From Betaproteobacteria bacterium (GTDB lineage Bacteria; Pseudomonadota; Gammaproteobacteria; Burkholderiales; SG8-41): 64,000 nucleotides of DNA. This document shows positions 20,383 through 31,217 of this stretch, piece by piece (position 1 is the first letter of the stretch; each line of letters starts with the position of its first letter). Below the pieces are notes generated by a model. The model made no database searches. It saw only the letters and a list, made by a program, of their open reading frames with translations, and had not been told where the DNA came from. The stretch spans positions 20,902 to 84,901 of the forward strand of contig OMIN01000060.1 in NCBI GenBank assembly GCA_900299145.1. The letters are read 5' to 3'. The translations under genes and the position numbers were made by a program.

Positions 20383-21288
20383 TTACGACAAACCCAGCCG
20401 GTCAAGCGTGCGGCGGTCATCAGCCCACGACTGCTTGACCTTCACCCACAGCTCTAGAAACACCTTGCCGCCCACCAGCTTTTCAATATCCGCGCGCGCG
20501 GCGCTGCCGATTTCCTTCAGTTTTACGCCACCCTTGCCAATGACGATGGCCTTCTGGCCGGGCTTGTCGACGAGAATCACCGCGCGGATTCGCGTGAGCG
20601 CGGGTTTTTCCTCGAAGGTTTCGATTTCCACCGCCGTGGAGTAAGGCAGTTCCTGCCCCAGCAAGCGAAACAGCTTTTCGCGGATGAGTTCGGCGGAAAT
20701 CGCACGCACGCTGGACGTGGTGACGTCCTCTGCAGGGTAGAGAAACTCGCGCTGAGGCAGCAGCGGCATCAGCGCCTGCAGCAGGGTATCCAGTTGCAAA
20801 CGGTTCTGTGCGGAGATCGGCACGATGGCCGCCGGATGATATGCCACATCCAGCGCCTGGATTGTCGTAAGTATTTGATTTTTATTACTTATTTTATCGA
20901 TCTTGTTGAGCGCGATCACCACTGGCGCAGCGCTGTCGGCAAGCCGCGCATGAATCTGCGGATCGGCGTGTTCACGCGCCGTCACGTCGATCAGCCACAG
21001 CACGGCATTGGCCTCTGACAACGCGTTCCTGAAACCGCGATCCATCGCCTTGGTAAGGCCCGTGTGATACTGCGTCTGGAAACCGGGTGTGTCGAGAAAT
21101 ACCAGTTGCGCCTCGCCCTTGGTCAAAATGCCAGCGATGTTTTGCCGCGTGGTCTGCGGGCGGCGCGAGGTAATGCTGATTTTCTGACCGACCAGCGCGT
21201 TCAGCAGCGTGGATTTGCCCGCGTTGGGGCGCCCGACGATGGCGACAAAGCCGCTGCGCGTCGAATTTGTGCCGGACGGCTCGCTCAT
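20383..21288 (-). CDS. era: GTPase Era
   Basis: Start at the ATG at 21288, 5 nt after the rnc stop. G1 motif GRPNAGKST, G3 DTPG, G4 NKID, and a C-terminal KH domain. Confidence 0.95.
   Translation of the reverse strand: MSEPSGTNSTRSGFVAIVGRPNAGKSTLLNALVGQKISITSRRPQTTRQNIAGILTKGEAQLVFLDTPGFQTQYHTGLTKAMDRGFRNALSEANAVLWLIDVTAREHADPQIHARLADSAAPVVIALNKIDKISNKNQILTTIQALDVAYHPAAIVPISAQNRLQLDTLLQALMPLLPQREFLYPAEDVTTSSVRAISAELIREKLFRLLGQELPYSTAVEIETFEEKPALTRIRAVILVDKPGQKAIVIGKGGVKLKEIGSAARADIEKLVGGKVFLELWVKVKQSWADDRRTLDRLGLS
20866..20900 (+). repeat. AT-rich repeat look-alike inside the era coding sequence
   Basis: CGTAAGTATTTGATTTTTATTACTTATTTTATCGA. On the minus strand it encodes IDKISNKNQILT immediately after the NKID G4 motif. 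Confidence 0.4.
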
Positions 21289-21293
21289 GCCGC

Positions 21294-21965
21294 TCACGGT
21301 ACGCTGGCCCGCTGAAGCGCAATCCGCGCGGCTTCGTGCTCGGCGCGGCGGCGGCTGCTGCCCTTGCCCGTGCATCGAATGTTTAGCGGCTCGATCACGC
21401 ACTCGACCTCAAATTCCTGCTCGTGAGCCTCGCCACGTATCGCTGACACTGCGTAGTTCGGCAACGCCAGGCGCTTGCGCTGCAGCAGTTCCTGTAACAG
21501 CGTCTTCGCGTCCTTGCCCGTGGTATCCGGATCGATGGCGGCAAGTGGCGCCCTGAATACGCCTTGCACCACCGCGAACGCGGCATCAAAGCCGCCATCG
21601 AGCATCACCGCGCCCAGCACCGCCTCCAGCGCATCGGACAAAATCGACGGCCGGCGTGCGCCGCCGCTTTTGACTTCGCCCTCGCCCAAGGCCAGATGAC
21701 TACCCAGCTCGAGGCCTTCCGCCAGCACAGCCAGCGCGGGCTGGCTGACCAGACTGGCGCGCAAGCGCGAGAGTTCGCCTTCAGGCAAAGCAGGAAATTT
21801 CTGGTACAGCGCCAGTGCCACGGCACAGTTCACTACGCTATCGCCCAGATATTCCAGCCGTTCATTGTGCGCGGCGCCGAAGCTGCGGTGGGTCAAGGCC
21901 CGGCGCAACAGCGTGCTATCCCTGAAACGGTACCCAATACCCCGCTGTACGCCATCAAGATTCAT
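21294..21965 (-). CDS. rnc: Ribonuclease III
   Basis: 223 aa with the NERLEYLGDSV signature and a C-terminal dsRBD. Confidence 0.95.
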   Translation of the reverse strand: MNLDGVQRGIGYRFRDSTLLRRALTHRSFGAAHNERLEYLGDSVVNCAVALALYQKFPALPEGELSRLRASLVSQPALAVLAEGLELGSHLALGEGEVKSGGARRPSILSDALEAVLGAVMLDGGFDAAFAVVQGVFRAPLAAIDPDTTGKDAKTLLQELLQRKRLALPNYAVSAIRGEAHEQEFEVECVIEPLNIRCTGKGSSRRRAEHEAARIALQRASVP

Positions 21966-22030
21966 GACGTTGGCCGCGTGGCCGTATTATGCCCGGCAAG
22001 CAAAGCCGGGAACGCAAAGCAGCCGCGCGA

Positions 22031-22390
22031 TCACTTCGACGTCGGGTTGAAATCGAGGCAAGCGCTGACGTTGTAGACAAGGGGGATGCGCTGGGTATAC
22101 GTGGCGCTCAGCGTGATGCCATCGCCCACCTTGGTCACGACGATATCCTTGGGCGTGATGGCTTCGACCCGGTCAATCTCGGCCCGCTTGGTAAACGCGG
22201 CTTCGATTTCACGCCGGTTGCCGCTGGCAAATGCGGAATCCTTGGCGATGGTACGAAAGTGCTTTTGTATGGTCTGGTCTTCGACATACGCGGGGCCCAG
22301 TTTCATCCCCATCAACGCACCAAACGCAAAAATAATGCACCACATCAAAAATCCCGAAAACGATACGCCGGCCTCTTTTTTCATGCTCAT
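22031..22390 (-). CDS. DUF4845-like small membrane-anchored protein
   Basis: 119 aa with one N-terminal TM segment (GFLMWCIIFAFGALMGM). It occupies the conserved lepB-rnc position seen in beta/gammaproteobacteria. Confidence 0.65.
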   Translation of the reverse strand: MSMKKEAGVSFSGFLMWCIIFAFGALMGMKLGPAYVEDQTIQKHFRTIAKDSAFASGNRREIEAAFTKRAEIDRVEAITPKDIVVTKVGDGITLSATYTQRIPLVYNVSACLDFNPTSK

Positions 22391-22448
22391 CGCTGCCTCC
22401 CGTTAGCTTGATAGATGCTCATTGATCGTTCGTTTGTGACACGCTTCG

Positions 22449-23357
22449 CTAACGTATCGAATCGCCGATACGCTTGAATTCGTCGAAATTCCACCAGATC
22501 ATGAAGGCCCTGCCGACAATGTTGCGATCCGGCACAAAGCCCCAGTAACGGCTGTCGCTGCTGCTGTCACGGTTGTCACCCATCATGAAGTAATGGCCCT
22601 CGGGCACCTTGCAGGTGAATCCGCTGTCATTGTAGACACAATTGTCGCGGAACGGAAACTGCTTTACGCCGCCCAGATGCAACGGCGGCATGTCGGGCTG
22701 CACGAGTATCGTGTGATCCTTGCCGTCGAATGTTTCCATTCTGCGCTGGGTGGTAATGAAGTTAAGGCCGCCTTCGACATAGTTATAGTCTCCCGCCGCG
22801 ACGAACTTCGCATCGACACCATTCACCGTCAGTTTCTTGTCACGGTATTCGACGGTGTCCCCAGGGGTGCCGATCACGCGCTTGATGTAATCGAGCGACG
22901 TGTCCTCGGGATAACGAAAAACCATCACGTCGCCGCGCTTCGGGTCGTTCAGATCGACGACTTTCTTGTTGATGATCGGGATACGTATGCCGTAAGTGTA
23001 TTTGTTGACCAGAATGAAATCGCCAACCAGCAGCGTCGGCAACATGGAACCCGACGGAATCTTGAACGGTTCCACCAGAAACGAGCGCAGCAGGAACACG
23101 ATCAGGATCACCGGGAAGAAACTGACTGGATACTCGATCCACCAAGGTTGCTTCAGGTGTGAATCTCGAACTTCGTTGCGGGTGACTTCCAGTTTCTCCT
23201 TTTCTTCCGGCAGCTCGGCCGGACCTGCCTGCGCTTCCAGGGACGCAACGGCAGCAGCAGCAGCAGCCTCGCGACGCGCCCGAAAAAAATACATTTCCGC
23301 CAGCGTCACCACGCCGGTAATCACCAGCAACACAAACATGATCAGCGCAAAATTCAT
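22449..23357 (-). CDS. lepB: Signal peptidase I
   Basis: 302 aa with S26 motifs (IPSGSMLPTL, YIKRVIG, GDNRDSSSDSRYWGFVP). Confidence 0.95.
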   Translation of the reverse strand: MNFALIMFVLLVITGVVTLAEMYFFRARREAAAAAAVASLEAQAGPAELPEEKEKLEVTRNEVRDSHLKQPWWIEYPVSFFPVILIVFLLRSFLVEPFKIPSGSMLPTLLVGDFILVNKYTYGIRIPIINKKVVDLNDPKRGDVMVFRYPEDTSLDYIKRVIGTPGDTVEYRDKKLTVNGVDAKFVAAGDYNYVEGGLNFITTQRRMETFDGKDHTILVQPDMPPLHLGGVKQFPFRDNCVYNDSGFTCKVPEGHYFMMGDNRDSSSDSRYWGFVPDRNIVGRAFMIWWNFDEFKRIGDSIR

Positions 23358-23393
23358 TTCAACACCATTCGGGCGCCACTGAAAGCGACCAGA

Positions 23394-25184
<1,791 letters not shown>

Positions 25185-25254
25185 TGCGAGAAACCTGACG
25201 CGTTACCGGATACCTGGGCGGATACCTGAGAACCTGCGATACGGCTAACGATAC

Positions 25255-25286
25255 AAAAAAGGGCGCTCGCTAACCACCGGGCGCCC
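25255..25286 (-). terminator. Candidate rho-independent terminator after the glutaredoxin-like gene
   Basis: On the minus strand, a GGGCGC ... GCGCCC stem (25281-25286 / 25261-25266) is followed by a run of six U (25255-25260). The 14-nt loop makes it modest. Confidence 0.4.
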
Positions 25287-25320
25287 AGCTGACGAATCAA
25301 CTGCTGTAAATGTTTGTATT

Positions 25321-25572
25321 TTATCGCATTTTTGCAAGGAAATCCGTAACTGCCGCCTCGTCCAGAAAGTAGTGGCAAAGCTCTCGCCCGTCGGCTTCAA
25401 GCACCGGCACCAGCTCGCCATAGCGGGCCTCCAGCGCCGCTTCGCTGTCCACGTCAATGACGCTGATTTCAAATGAAAAACGGCCCTGCAGACTGCGCAG
25501 GGCCGCTATCATGTCGTCACACAGATGGCAGTAAGTGCGTGCGTAAACCGTCAGCACGCAAGCTGCCGCCAT
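25321..25572 (-). CDS. Glutaredoxin-family small protein
   Basis: 83 aa with a CHLC redox motif (YARTYCHLCDDM). It lies between degP and lepA, and its ATG overlaps the degP stop (TGATG). Confidence 0.75.
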   Translation of the reverse strand: MAAACVLTVYARTYCHLCDDMIAALRSLQGRFSFEISVIDVDSEAALEARYGELVPVLEADGRELCHYFLDEAAVTDFLAKMR

Positions 25573-26987
25573 CAGTTGCCGCCCGCATCCAGCCGGAACG
25601 GGAGATAGAGCGAGTTTCCGCCGCGCCGCACCAGCAGCGCGACAATACGGCCTTTGTCAAACTGCCCCATCATCTGATTGAATGCGTCTACCGATTTCAC
25701 ATCCTGGTTGTTGACCGCCAATATCACATCGCCCTTACGCACGCCAGCGCGCGCGGCCGCGCCCTGCACTTCGCCCACCATCACGCCGCTCTCCACTTTA
25801 AGTTCCTTCTTTTGCGCATCGGTCAGGTCGGTGAGGCTCATGCCGTAGACCGTTGGCGCCGCCGCTGGCGGCTTTTGCCCGCGTCCACCGCGCGCGGTAC
25901 GCGGATCGTCCTGCAACTCGGTCACCATCACCTGCACCTCGCGCGACGCCTTGTTGCGCCACACTTGGGCCGTAACTCGCGAACCCGGCTTGGTGCCGCC
26001 AACCACGCGCGGCAAATCTTCAGATGAAGCAATCGCCTTGCCGTCGAAACGCAAAATCACGTCGCCCGCTTCGATGCCTGCCTTTTCCGCCGGCCCGCCT
26101 TTTTCCACGGAATTCACCAGCGCACCCTGCGGCTTGGGCAAGCCAAAGCCATCGGCCAGTTCCTTGGTGACCGGCTGGATCACAACGCCGATGCGGCCGC
26201 GTGTGACTTTGCCCGCCGTGCGCAGTTGCTGCGAAATATCATTGGCCACGTCGATGGGTATGGCAAACGACAACCCCATGAAACCACCGGTACGGCTGTA
26301 GATCTGCGAATTGATGCCCACCACTTCACCGCGCATATTGAAAAGCGGCCCACCGGAGTTGCCCGGGTTCACCGCCACGTCGGTCTGAATGAACGGCACG
26401 AAATTTTCCTGCGGCAGCGAACGGCCTTTGGCACTGACGATGCCCTTGGTAACCGTGTTGTCAAAACCGAACGGTGAGCCAATGGCCACCACCCACTCAC
26501 CTACCTTCAATTTTGCTGGATCACCAAACTTAACCACCGGCAGGCCGGAGGCTTCAATCTTGATCAACGCCACGTCGGTGCGCCGGTCGGAGCCGATCAC
26601 CTTCGCCTTGAATTCGCGCTTGTCGGTCAGCCGCACGGTGATTTCATCCGCGGACGCCACCACATGCGCGTTGGTCATGATGTAACCATCGGCACTGATG
26701 ACAAAGCCCGAACCCAGCGACTGCGACTGAAACTCGCGCGGCTGGCCCGGCGTGTTGGGGGCGAAGCGGCGGAAAAATTCAAAGAACGGATCGTCCTCAG
26801 GCACGTTGGGCATCTGCTGTGCCAGCGGATTGCGTGCGCCGCCCTGTGTGGTGCTGATGTTGACCACCGCGGGTCCCTGTTTTTCCACCAGTTCGGTGAA
26901 ATCCGGCAACTGCGCCTGCGCCACTGCGGGCACCACAAACACCGCCGGCAACACGAGGCACAACACTATAAAAACTTTTCTGAGCAT
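25572..26987 (-). CDS. Periplasmic serine endoprotease, DegP/MucD family
   Basis: 471 aa with a signal peptide, trypsin-like domain (TNAHVV, GNSGGPLFN) and two PDZ domains. Part of the sigma-E operon. Confidence 0.9.
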   Translation of the reverse strand: MLRKVFIVLCLVLPAVFVVPAVAQAQLPDFTELVEKQGPAVVNISTTQGGARNPLAQQMPNVPEDDPFFEFFRRFAPNTPGQPREFQSQSLGSGFVISADGYIMTNAHVVASADEITVRLTDKREFKAKVIGSDRRTDVALIKIEASGLPVVKFGDPAKLKVGEWVVAIGSPFGFDNTVTKGIVSAKGRSLPQENFVPFIQTDVAVNPGNSGGPLFNMRGEVVGINSQIYSRTGGFMGLSFAIPIDVANDISQQLRTAGKVTRGRIGVVIQPVTKELADGFGLPKPQGALVNSVEKGGPAEKAGIEAGDVILRFDGKAIASSEDLPRVVGGTKPGSRVTAQVWRNKASREVQVMVTELQDDPRTARGGRGQKPPAAAPTVYGMSLTDLTDAQKKELKVESGVMVGEVQGAAARAGVRKGDVILAVNNQDVKSVDAFNQMMGQFDKGRIVALLVRRGGNSLYLPFRLDAGGN

Positions 26988-27022
26988 GGGGTCTCCTGAT
27001 CTACCCGGTGGTTGGAGTCGGT

Positions 27023-28072
27023 TTACTTTGGCGCAACGTTAGAGACATTTGCCGCGCTTTTAGTTTCCATGGAATTACCGATTTGCATCACGGTGGCGGC
27101 GGGCGCTTCGCCCAACACGGTTACGATTTGCTCGCCCAGCACGCGCTTGTAAATATGCACGGCGCCCTGACTGATCAAGGGCTTGCCGGTCAGTTCTCGC
27201 AATTTCGGTTCGACAAAAATGGAAATAGCCGCAAGCCCATCGGAAAACACCAGATGCGGCATCGCTACTGCACGGCCGGCAATAGTACGTTTAACTTCCA
27301 TCGATTTGCGAAATCCGGGCGGTAAATTGCTCACCGTCCAGCCCGTATCGGCCGCCTGCTCCATCACGTCGAGGGCGGAACGGTCGACGCGCCACCGTTG
27401 CACAGCTGCACGTTTTTCAAACCGGGAAGTCACTTGATCACGATTGAATTTCCCGCCCAAAGTCAATTGAGAAAACCCAAAAGATTCAATGACTTGCGAA
27501 ATCTCATTGAACACCTGCGCGCGCAGCGGCAACCCCGACTCCAGCTCGGCGCAAAATTTACGGCCATAGCGCAGCTTGTCCTTCGGAACCACGCTGATCC
27601 ACACGCATTCAAAACCGCCCATGCGATCCATGCCCAACTTAACGACCTCATAGAACTGCGTAAGATCGGAAAGCTTTTCCGGCAGCATGATCGGCACGTG
27701 GCGCGTGCTGCGCCGCTCAATCAGTACCACGCGCGTATCCGGGATGTAAGCAGTAACGTGATCGTTCGCGCGCACGATTTCGCGCGGCGGCCCATCCAGT
27801 GTTTCAAGCCGTTCGAACACGCCACCCGCCGCATTGACGTAATGCACCACGCGCGAGGTTTCCACACGGCTGCCATGCTGATAAACGAACGTGCCGCTAT
27901 AACTGACGGTACGCGAGGAATCGGCAATTTTTTTCAGCCACTCCAGCGCACTTTGTGCACTTGGCGCGTTGGTCGCAGGGGTCGCATTGGTAGCATTGGG
28001 CGCGCCGGCATCCTGCGCGTACGCCTGCAACGCCGTAAAGCCCGCCACAACAGCAGCCAGCCAAACCTTCAT
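27023..28072 (-). CDS. rseB: Sigma-E regulatory protein RseB/MucB
   Basis: Start at the ATG at 28072 gives the signal peptide MKVWLAAVVAGFTALQAYAQ. MucB/RseB-like sequence in the position after the anti-sigma gene. Confidence 0.85.
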   Translation of the reverse strand: MKVWLAAVVAGFTALQAYAQDAGAPNATNATPATNAPSAQSALEWLKKIADSSRTVSYSGTFVYQHGSRVETSRVVHYVNAAGGVFERLETLDGPPREIVRANDHVTAYIPDTRVVLIERRSTRHVPIMLPEKLSDLTQFYEVVKLGMDRMGGFECVWISVVPKDKLRYGRKFCAELESGLPLRAQVFNEISQVIESFGFSQLTLGGKFNRDQVTSRFEKRAAVQRWRVDRSALDVMEQAADTGWTVSNLPPGFRKSMEVKRTIAGRAVAMPHLVFSDGLAAISIFVEPKLRELTGKPLISQGAVHIYKRVLGEQIVTVLGEAPAATVMQIGNSMETKSAANVSNVAPK

Positions 28073-28109
28073 CACGTTATTTTTCAGCACCGCTCGCAAA
28101 ATCAAAAAA

Positions 28110-28763
28110 TCAGTTGCCCGCCGCCGACACCGTACGCACATATGGCGCGACACCCTGGAACGCGGTGGTCGGCGATATGCCCTGATGCGCCAGCAGATAC
28201 TCATGTACGTGTTCCGGCTCGGTCCCCGGCGCCGGCTTCGCGGCGGCCACCAGCGCAGCGGCGGTTTGCGGCGTCACCGCGGCCACTTGCGGCTGCGCCG
28301 CAGCGGGCGCTTTTTCCAGCTTCGCCAATTCAGCACCTGCCGGTTTATTGCCGGAAATATTCGACAACGCCATCCAGCCCACCACGGCCACCGCTGCTAC
28401 TGACGCTGCCGCGGACAGGGCATAGGTCTGAATCCTGCCGCGTGTGGCCGTGGAAGCGTTTGCCGCGGCTAGCGCGCGCGCCGAAGCCGGCGCGATCACC
28501 ACCGGCTCGGCCGCCAGACGCTCGCTAAAACGCGCGCTGAACCCGGCGCTTACCGCTGGGGCGCCCGCCGCGCCGTCGCGCAGCACGTCGCCTATCAAAT
28601 GGTAGGTATCCCAGGCTTCGCGCCCGGCTGCATCATCCACCTTGATGCGCCCGATGGCTCGCGGCAACTCTTCGCGGGCCAGCTCGCCATCCATCAGACT
28701 GGAGACATGTTGCAGATTGTCGTGACGTTCCCGATGTTCTACCGGCTGTTCCACCAATTCCAT
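28110..28763 (-). CDS. rseA: Anti-sigma-E factor (RseA/MucA family)
   Basis: The N-terminal domain has LSSLMDGEL and WDTYHLIGDVLR, with a central TM segment. It follows rpoE immediately. Confidence 0.8.
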   Translation of the reverse strand: MELVEQPVEHRERHDNLQHVSSLMDGELAREELPRAIGRIKVDDAAGREAWDTYHLIGDVLRDGAAGAPAVSAGFSARFSERLAAEPVVIAPASARALAAANASTATRGRIQTYALSAAASVAAVAVVGWMALSNISGNKPAGAELAKLEKAPAAAQPQVAAVTPQTAAALVAAAKPAPGTEPEHVHEYLLAHQGISPTTAFQGVAPYVRTVSAAGN

Positions 28764-28764
28764 C

Positions 28765-29364
28765 TCACCACCTCTTGTCTTTGCCCGTTCCGAGCAGGGG
28801 TCTTAACTCCGTTGCAATAGCTTCCCGCGCCCGGAAAATCCGCGAGCGCACCGTGCCGATGGGACAATTCATCGCTTCGGCAATTTCTTCATAGCTGAGG
28901 CCTTCCATCTCCCGCAGCGAGATTGCAGTGCGCAAGTCCTCTGGCAACTTTTCCAGCGTTTGGTTCACCGAATCGGCCACCTGGCGGCTCATCATCAAAT
29001 TTTCCGGGGTATTCAGATCCTGCAACAACTCCGTCTCGCCGAGGTCTTCCGCCTCCTCGGCGTCCATGGCGGTGGACGTTGGCGCACGCCGCCCCGACGC
29101 CACCAGATAATTCTTGGCGGTATTGATCCCGATGCGGTATAGCCACGTATAGAACGCACTGTCGCCGCGAAAGTTCGGCAACGCGCGATACGCTTTTATA
29201 AAGGCCTCCTGCGCCACATCCTCCACCTCGGTCGCGTCACGGATAAACCGTGACAGCAGCCGGACCAACTTGCGTTGATACTTCGCGACCAGCAACTCGA
29301 AAGCATGCTTGTCGCCGCGTTGCGCGCGTTCGACCAACTGCTGGTCGATTTCGCGATCACTCAT
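28765..29364 (-). CDS. rpoE: RNA polymerase ECF sigma factor RpoE/AlgU
   Basis: 199 aa with DQQLVERAQRGDKHAFELLV, FRGDSAFYTWLYRI and EGLSYEEIAEAMNCPIGTVRSR. Confidence 0.95.
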   Translation of the reverse strand: MSDREIDQQLVERAQRGDKHAFELLVAKYQRKLVRLLSRFIRDATEVEDVAQEAFIKAYRALPNFRGDSAFYTWLYRIGINTAKNYLVASGRRAPTSTAMDAEEAEDLGETELLQDLNTPENLMMSRQVADSVNQTLEKLPEDLRTAISLREMEGLSYEEIAEAMNCPIGTVRSRIFRAREAIATELRPLLGTGKDKRW

Positions 29365-29570
29365 GAACCCGGTTCCCGCTCACGTTATTATCGTTGTTGT
29401 CATTCTTGTTCAGGCCGACCATTGTGTCCGCCACGCTCCCACTACAACCCACGCAGCCGCGCACCACGCAAAACCGGAAGTATACCGAACCTGCGTGCCG
29501 CAAGCGCCTGAAATCGCGCACAAAAACGTCAATTTCCGCCACGATGCAAGCTACCAGACCGCGCCACGCA

Positions 29571-29597
29571 AGAGACCGGTTCAGTCAAAAAAAGTTC
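29571..29597 (-). promoter_or_regulatory. Candidate sigma-E-type (autoregulatory) promoter upstream of rpoE: GAACTT-N16-TCTCT
   Basis: On the minus strand, GAACTT (29597-29592), a 16-nt spacer, then TCTCT (29575-29571), about 205 nt upstream of the rpoE ATG. Matches the GAACTT-N16/17-TCTGA/TCAAA consensus apart from the -10 tail. Confidence 0.4.
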
Positions 29598-29649
29598 GCC
29601 CGACCCAGCCAAAGCATTCCAAGACTGTAACAAAGTTCACAAAGAAGAT

Positions 29650-31167
29650 TCACATTGTAGAAGTCGGCGACCGCAGCCGCCGTTCAGCCATTTCGAATAA
29701 CCCCTGAATCGCCAGCGCCAGCGCCGCCGCTGGAATCGCCCCGGCCAGCATCAAGGCATGGTCGCTGACCGCGAGACCGGCGACGATGCGCTCGCCGTAG
29801 CCGCCCGCACCGATAAAAGCGGCAATCGTGGCCGTACCGACATTGATGACCGCCGAAATCTTCACCCCGGCCAGCACCGACGGCAACGCCAGCGGCAACT
29901 CGATCAGGCGCAGCACCGCCCCATCGTGCAAGCCCAACGCCTGACCCGCGCGCCGCATGCCACCCGTGACCCCTGCCAGCCCCGCTTCGGTATTGCGCAC
30001 TATCGGCAGCAAGCCATACAAAAACAGCGCAATCACCGCCGGCGCGAGCCCAATGCGCCCCATGGCGGCAATCAAAAACGCCAGCAGTGCCAGTGCCGGT
30101 ATGGTTTGCAACACGCCAGCCACACCTAGGATCCACGGTCGCGCTGCTTTTGATCGTGCCGCCCACACGCCCAGCGGCACGCCCGCACCCACGCTCAGCG
30201 CCAGCGCCGCGAACACCAGCACGCAATGCTCCAGTGTGAGACGCCAGATATCCGCCGCGAACAAGCGTTGCAGCACGCCGGGTCGTTCCTGCGTCTCAGT
30301 AGCGGCCTTCGCACCGCCCGCAAAATCCGCCGCAACCTGGGCGAACGGCTTGCCATCCAGCTCCGCTGCTGCGTTCATGCGAATCATTGCCTCGGCGGAA
30401 ATGCCGCCGGCCATCGATTGCAGCGCACGAAATGCCGCCGGCGCGCGTGAAGGCAAATCCGCCCGGTAAACCAGCACCGCCTCATACGGCGGGAAAAACG
30501 CGCGATCATCCGCGAGCACGGTCAAACCATAGCGGCCCAGCTTGGCATCGGTGGTGTAAACATCCATCACGTCGATGCGCCCGCCCTTGATCGCCTCGTA
30601 CGCAAGACCGTGATCCAGCCCCGCTGGCTGGGCCGCCAGACCATAGGCGGCGCGCAACGCGGGCCAGCCATCCTTGCGATTCAAAAATTCGGCCGATAGA
30701 CCAAATCGTAAATCAGGTAAATCCGTGTGCTTCGCCAGATCAGAAATTTTCGCGATGCCCCGTTCGCGGGCACGCGCCGCTGTCATCGCCAACGCATATG
30801 AATTGCCGAACCCCAGCGGCGCGCTCACCGCCAGCCCATGCGCCGCCAACGCCGCGTTCAGATCCGGCAGCGGCGGCACCGCTTTTAGCCCCAGCAACTC
30901 AAACGCCAGCGTGCCGGTGTAATCCGGATAGACGTCGATGGCGCCACTTTTCAGTGCGGCAAAAAGTATCGCGGTATTGCCCAGCCCCTGCTTGTGCGTG
31001 GCGGTTGCGCCGCCGGTAGCACGAACGCGCTGCGCGGCAATTTCGCCGAGGATGTACGACTCAGTGAAGCGCTTGGACCCTACGGTAACGGACTCGCCCG
31101 CTGCTGCGAGCTGCGCAAACAGCAGCGCGAAGATTCCAGCAACCACGCGCATGGCCGCCCAAGACAT
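29650..31167 (-). CDS. Osmoprotectant-type ABC transporter: fused substrate-binding domain (OpuAC/OpuBC-like) and permease
   Basis: 505 aa. N-terminal signal peptide and glycine-betaine-type SBP (VTVGSKRFTESYILGEI, AIDVYPDYTGT). The C-terminal half is a BPD-type permease (LPIVRNTEAGL). No ATPase gene is adjacent. Confidence 0.85.
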   Translation of the reverse strand: MSWAAMRVVAGIFALLFAQLAAAGESVTVGSKRFTESYILGEIAAQRVRATGGATATHKQGLGNTAILFAALKSGAIDVYPDYTGTLAFELLGLKAVPPLPDLNAALAAHGLAVSAPLGFGNSYALAMTAARARERGIAKISDLAKHTDLPDLRFGLSAEFLNRKDGWPALRAAYGLAAQPAGLDHGLAYEAIKGGRIDVMDVYTTDAKLGRYGLTVLADDRAFFPPYEAVLVYRADLPSRAPAAFRALQSMAGGISAEAMIRMNAAAELDGKPFAQVAADFAGGAKAATETQERPGVLQRLFAADIWRLTLEHCVLVFAALALSVGAGVPLGVWAARSKAARPWILGVAGVLQTIPALALLAFLIAAMGRIGLAPAVIALFLYGLLPIVRNTEAGLAGVTGGMRRAGQALGLHDGAVLRLIELPLALPSVLAGVKISAVINVGTATIAAFIGAGGYGERIVAGLAVSDHALMLAGAIPAAALALAIQGLFEMAERRLRSPTSTM

Positions 31168-31171
31168 TACT

Positions 31172-31204
31172 CGTAACTATCTGTTTTTATTGATATTTTT
31201 ATGA
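31172..31204 (+). repeat. AT-rich intergenic repeat
   Basis: CGTAACTATCTGTTTTTATTGATATTTTTATGA, 4 nt from the ATG of the minus-strand opuB-like gene. Confidence 0.8.
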
Positions 31205-31217
31205 TGCAGCATGACCG

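Noticed and set aside
20383-21402. N-terminal extensions of track ORFs, for example era from 21402, recO from 20420, rseB from 28204, the FAD gene from 36215, the RraA-like gene from 37785 and qor from 41127
   Set aside because: The extensions overlap upstream genes and are Arg-rich. Internal ATGs with RBSs match the conserved N-termini of the families.
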